A program made the position numbers and the translations under genes. Below the pieces are notes generated by a model. It was given only the letters and a program-made list of their open reading frames with translations, did not search any database and was not told the DNA's origin. 64,000 bases of DNA from Eledone cirrhosa (lineage: Eukaryota): assembly GCA_964016885.1 (NCBI GenBank), contig OZ024742.1, positions 23,126,001-23,190,000 of the forward strand, given 5' to 3'. Shown piece after piece: positions 58,449 through 64,000 of this stretch; position 1 is the stretch's first letter; the number at the start of each line of letters is the position of its first letter.

Positions 58449-59210
58449 ATGTGGCTTGCTGTTTTCCAATCTTCTGTTTGCTTTTCCTTCTGTTGTTTAC
58501 TTGTCTCACTCGCTTTACGCGTTTCACTTGTCCCAATAGCTTATTTTAGTTATTGCTCGCAACCACCTGAGGTATCTGATTTTTAATGCGATGAAATACC
58601 AATGATGGTTGGCAAATCACTGATGAGGGACTAATTTGTACAACCATGGAGTATTCTTCTCCCCTTGTTTTTCATATATATTTACCTAAACTGCGATTTT
58701 CTGTTTCTCTCTTTCACTCTTACTGCTCCCCCGTTCTCTCTGTTTCTCTTACCTTCTTTCGCCCTCTCTGCCAGTTAAAATTTTCTCTCGACTGACCTCT
58801 TCCTCGCACTTCCACTCACTCACTCTCTGTTTCTCCCCTTCTCACTTCCTCCCGTTCGCTAGTAGTGAGGTTCCTTCTTTCTCACACCGCATTCACGGCG
58901 TACGGTCTGCTTCTCTGACCGCTCATGAAATTCACCCAGCTTATGCTGATCGGATAACTATCATGTGGCTTGCTGTTTTCCAACCTTCGGTTTGCTTTTC
59001 CTTCTGTTGTTAACTTGTCTCACTCGCTTTACGCGTTTCACTTGTCCCAATACCTTATTTTAGTTATAGATCGCACCAACCTGAGGTATCTGATTTTTAA
59101 TGCGATGAAATACCAATGATGGTTGGCAAATCACTGATGAGGGACTAATTTCATAATATGTAATCCATGTGCAACCATGCAGTATTCTTCTCCCCTTGTT
59201 TTTCATATAT
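58449..59210 (+). repeat. Two ~230-250-bp direct repeats (58449-58680, 58963-59210) around a pyrimidine-rich spacer, each ending in TA
   Basis: ATGTGGCTTGCTGTTTTCCAA...CACTGATGAGGGACTAATTT...CCCCTTGTTTTTCATATATA in both copies. Confidence 0.85.
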
Positions 59211-60061
59211 ATATATATATATATATATATTTATTTTTTATATATATGTGTATATATATTTAAATATATTTATGTATATCTATATCATTTTAAGTTTAAT
59301 TTTTTAATTCGTTAATTCTTACAATATATTTTTCCATTGACACCCTCTAAAGCTATTAATAACCATTAACTGACATTAGAAAAATGTATCCTATTCAAGA
59401 CGATTTTTAAACATTCACACTTCTTTCGACTAAATAATTAATTAATCTGAAACTAACTCTTAAAAAATGTATCGATTAACAAAAAGAATTGGAGTTATCT
59501 CTCCTTTCTAAATCATATAAACTTACTAAATTAAAACATTCTCAAAGATATTCAAATATATAAATTCATAATTTTAACTACCAATGTATTTACATAAAGT
59601 ACAAAATCAACTCCTTCGTAACTCATATTATAAACAACCGCCTAAAACTTGAAGTACCTATTTATTTATGTATTTATCTACGTAAAACACAAAACCAACT
59701 TCCCTCGTAACTCATATTTTAAACAACTAATAATTGCAAATTATCTCTTTAATAATAATACATATGCTATTATTTAAATATATATAGATATTTATATATT
59801 TAACCCACTACAATATTGTAATAAGATAAATACATACAAGCATAATTTTCCAGATAAATATATATACATAATATAGGTAAATATTCAAATTTCCCCCCAA
59901 AAATTATAACGGTTTTTTAATGATATAACTCAACCTCATTTACATATTCATTTGCATACTCATCCTAAGAATTTTGAAAAATCCGTTCTTTAAATTCACT
60001 ATCCAAGGAAAATTCAACCAATTCCCTTGGCTATGTCAACACTTATAAAACACACTTTGTA

Positions 60062-60115
60062 TTTTATCTGATGAAAGCGAACCAAAGTTTTTGGTACCCT
60101 TCAAATATATATAAT
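60062..60115 (+). ncRNA. Degenerate hammerhead motif before AATAAA and (TA)n
   Basis: CTGATGA-AAG..ACCAAA gtt TTTGGT..CTT-cAAA-TATATA; G12 is replaced by C. Confidence 0.45.
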
Positions 60116-60160
60116 AGAATAAATATGGCTTTATAAGTATAGTTTCCATTTATTTAATAT

Positions 60161-60196
<36 letters not shown>

Positions 60197-60449
60197 AGGA
60201 GTTGACGGACCCACCATATTTATATATATCTAAACTGCGTAACATGATGGCTGTAGTGTGATGACATCAATCGTCCTTTTACCAGCAATTTGTTTAAGTT
60301 GTTTGTTATTAAGGTGAGAATGTTTGATTAGTGTTTTAGTTCACTTCTGTGATATGAATCTTGTGTCTGGTGTCAGAGGGTGGGTGTACTTGGATTTATT
60401 AGCTTGAGGTCGTGGATAGCAGACGTGATTGCGTGCATAATTAGCGGCC

Positions 60450-60529
<80 letters not shown>

Positions 60530-60608
60530 ACATGTACATATATAGATATATCCATATACATATACATATATATATATGTCTGTATATACATGTGTATATG
60601 TACGTATG

Positions 60609-60764
<156 letters not shown>

Positions 60765-61109
60765 CATATATACGTGTGTTTGTCCGCACGTGCGGAAGGT
60801 CAAACGACGGAGGAGTGTAAACTAATTATATTTCCATTTCAACAAGATCGATAAAATAATGCTGTATAATATATTGCTATTTCTCCAGCTATGAGAAGGT
60901 AAACTTATATTAGGTCTTCTGAGAACACAGGCAATATTCAGAACCTGATGAACCGTGTGTATAGCTATAATAATCTATTCTCACCTCTGACATGCTAAAA
61001 AACCACAATCCGTTATTTGTATTTAACTAACAAATTTTGCTCTAAATTGATTCACGAATATACCTAAGTTATAATCTCATATTTCGTCACTTTCCCACAC
61101 ACATACCTA

Positions 61110-61161
<52 letters not shown>

Positions 61162-61162
<1 letters not shown>

Positions 61163-61454
61163 GAAAGTGGCGAGAATGGCCCGAGTAAATGGGCCTTCTC
61201 TCTATATCAGCCTGTAGGTTGAGGAAAATGAGGAGGAGAGGAAAGGAGTACAAGCTCTTCGTACTCCTGGAGATGAGGGTTGCACATTTTTTTCGGGGGT
61301 CTGTGATACCCATATAAACTGTCTCCCTCTATTGGGGAAAATCGACTAACTTTTAAATTCCATCTGTGATAACATTTTACACGTTTTTATTGTATGTAAA
61401 CTTCCCCCTTTGTATTTGTCCCCTTCTTTTGTGCCCCTGTGGCTAATAAAGAAA
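61162..61454 (+). mobile_element. 5'-truncated 3' end of a LINE (probably the same Tx1-like family) inside (TATC)n
   Basis: Short frame KVARMARVNGPSLYISL*, 3' UTR, AATAAAGAAA then TATC repeats; (TATC)n also upstream. Confidence 0.55.
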
Positions 61455-61705
61455 TATATCTATCTATCTATCTGTCTATCTCTCTATCAGACGTGTGTAA
61501 CTTCGCGGAGAAGTTTCCGTTAATTTATGTAAGAAAAAAACGTGAGTTTTTAGTTTAATTTTATATCATTGTGTAACTTGACCACCCGTCTGAACCTTCA
61601 GGTGCTGGGTCAACTCATTTTCGCCCCTATAGGGGAGGAATATCCACTTAAACATTTTTTCTCCATCGAATCTTGGAAAAAATATTGTAAAATTTTGATT
61701 ACGTT

Positions 61706-63585
61706 ATGAACGCTGCGTCCAACGATAATGGTGGTGGAGAGGCGGTAAGACTACAAAGCTCGCAGTCAACAACGTCTTCTTCACTAGATACTATAGAGAT
61801 GGAAAGACGAAATGAAAACGTAAAAACGAATTCATATTCAAACAACACAAATGACACCAAACAATTCAATGACAACAAAAATAACAGCAACACCAATAAT
61901 GATGATAAAAGCAACAATGATAACAACAACAAAGAAAAAAATAAAGACAACACCAACAACACCAGCATCAAAGACAACAACAACACCAAGGAAAAGACGA
62001 ATACTATCAACATCGGTGACAACAAGAATAACAACAATAATAACAACAATAATGACAACACCACCAATACGGATTCCACAAAGAAACCAAAAATCTCCTT
62101 TGCAGAGAAAGTTCAAAAGAAGGAAGAATTGATATATCTGGACATAACAAATGCTGAACAACGTTTAAAGGACGCTAAGAGATATGTCACTTTCGAAAAA
62201 AATGGTGCTTTCAGCATCAATTCTCCGGTAGAAATTCGCAAGGAAACTGCTCTCAAAACGAGAGTTTTTAGGACAGTTTCCAATTCTACCCGAAAACCAG
62301 TCCAATTGTCACAGAAAGAAATTGAACTGGTTTTCAAAAATTCAATGAATGATATTGCATTCATTCTAAGAAGCAAACTTTTTGGGAGTATTTCGGTACT
62401 CATGAAGGATCAATTGACGGCCCAAAATTACTCTGTGTCGCCAATTGTATCCAACCTGTACAGCTTTTTCCCTACATACATGGGAAAAAGGACACAAAAG
62501 ATCAGAATAACGAGTGTCACACCAAAGGTGAACATATGGTGGATACTGTGCGGCTTCATCAATTTTGATGAAGACAGAATACTGTCAGTAGGAAAGTCCC
62601 CCAGAGATGTATTCAATGGGACTAGCATTGAAGTTCTGGTGCAAATGAGCCCAGAGCGAATAGCTATGATCCCGCAGCGTGTACTCCTGGACGGACTCAC
62701 CTACATAAACTTTTCGGTTGAGGGTAGGCGGCCTTCATGTTACCATTGCTTTAGCAGGGGTCACCTGAGGGCTGCCAGTCCTAAATTAATGAACCAAAAA
62801 AAGGCTCTTCTGCCGACACCCATCAAAACAACACAACCACCAACACCACCACCACAACAACAACACCAACACACAAAAAAAAACCACAACAAACACAGTC
62901 CCACCCAACCCCACTCCACCTAAAACCACTGCAAAATCACATACAGACACAACAGCTCCCCAAGACATACCCCTCCCCAATCACACAGACGATGCAACAG
63001 ATGAGGCTATCTCGCCATCACCCAGTGAAGACGAGGGAGAACCCCATCGCTCGAAAAGAAAGAAAAGACATCACAAAAGCAAAAAACCAGCAAACACTAC
63101 CACAAACATACAACCACCAACACAAACAACAAAACACATCACAAACCAAACTCCCACCTCCTGAAAACAAAATACCTACAACAAAACGAAAGCACACACA
63201 AGAACTACAGACAAAAACAAACACAACACAAGAAAATTACACTTACACTTACATAAACACTGAAAACAAAACACTAATGGAGACCATCACGAACGACCCT
63301 TCGGTGAAAACCGAAGGGAAAACTTTCGCCCACTCTATTAAAAATAGCAAAAAACTGAACCTAAAACTGATTAGGGTCCCTATACAAACTTATAGGTCCC
63401 TAAAAGAAACATTTGAGAAGGATGTGGGGAATTCCTGCGTGAAACCACTCAACCGCGTCCTTCTCAAATGCCTCCCCACCCCAGACACCCCCATCCCACC
63501 AGACCCCACCCTACGAAACATCTGCGTCCCCACCCCGCCGGAAACCACCACCCATCCAGACAACACCTCCAACACCCCCATGTAA
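61706..63585 (+). pseudogene. LINE ORF1 (gag-like), frameshifted around 62880-62990
   Basis: Asn-rich N-terminus, ISFAEKV motif, VEGRRPSCYHCFSRGHLRAASP (CCHC with last C lost), Thr/Pro-rich tail. Confidence 0.75.
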
Positions 63586-63657
63586 ATCGTGCGGCCTGGT
63601 CCCCAGGAGGCGAAGGGTGAGTGATCTTTTTTCCTCTTTTAACTTTTCAGCACCAAC

Positions 63658-64000
63658 ATGGCCAATATAAGAGTTGGATGTGTGAACGTACGCGGCCTGG
63701 GGATGCCCTGGAAACAGGGCAAACTCTTAAACGACCTCAGGTCGCACAGTATGGATGTGGTAGCCATTTGCGAGTCCAGGATCCACGGCGAGCGACAGCT
63801 GGCCCCTTCTTCAATGACTTTGAGATCTACGCATCTCTCTGTCAACTGGGGGGTGGGGCCGAAGTTGCCATTTTCCTGCGGAAACACCTGGGCCACGTAA
63901 CACAGACGGTACATCTGGCCCCGGAGGGTCGACTGGTGGTCCTAGACGTTGACGGTAGTGAAGGTGGAGCCTTCAGGCTGGTGGCCGCATATGCCCAATC
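63658..64000 (+). pseudogene. LINE ORF2 N-terminus: apurinic-like endonuclease (frameshifted)
   Basis: IRVGCVNVRGL, DVVAICESRI, later EGRLVVLDV...FRLVAAYAQ. Confidence 0.85.

Larger units (their letters stand above)
61489..64000 (+). mobile_element. Tx1/L1-clade non-LTR retrotransposon, 5' part
   Basis: 5' UTR, ORF1 with zinc knuckle, ORF2 starting with an APE endonuclease; runs off the window. Confidence 0.85.

Overview
AT-rich animal (invertebrate, probably cephalopod-like judging by the SINE and repeat style; not verified) intergenic or intronic DNA with no confidently identified host gene. Most of the window consists of (i) decayed Penelope-like retroelements (PLEs; RT + GIY-YIG endonuclease) from several families, most ending in (TA)n microsatellites and carrying minimal hammerhead-ribozyme (HHR) motifs in their terminal repeats; (ii) a 12.3-kb 48-bp satellite with nested higher-order repeats; (iii) long simple repeats; (iv) two tRNA-type SINE copies, a CR1-group LINE 3' fragment, a small Tc1/mariner-type MITE and a Tx1/L1-clade LINE in (TATC)n at the right edge. 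The main signal: many PLE insertions are head-to-head pairs whose two outward-facing 3' ends both run into (TA)n, one stopping at a proximal and the other at a distal TA-containing site of the same template. In two cases the arms abut with almost no overlap, which resembles twin priming on a symmetric (TA)n target. The HHR motifs include canonical cores, U3-A8 compensated cores and other family-wide variants with covarying stems. All calls are by eye; no database search was run.
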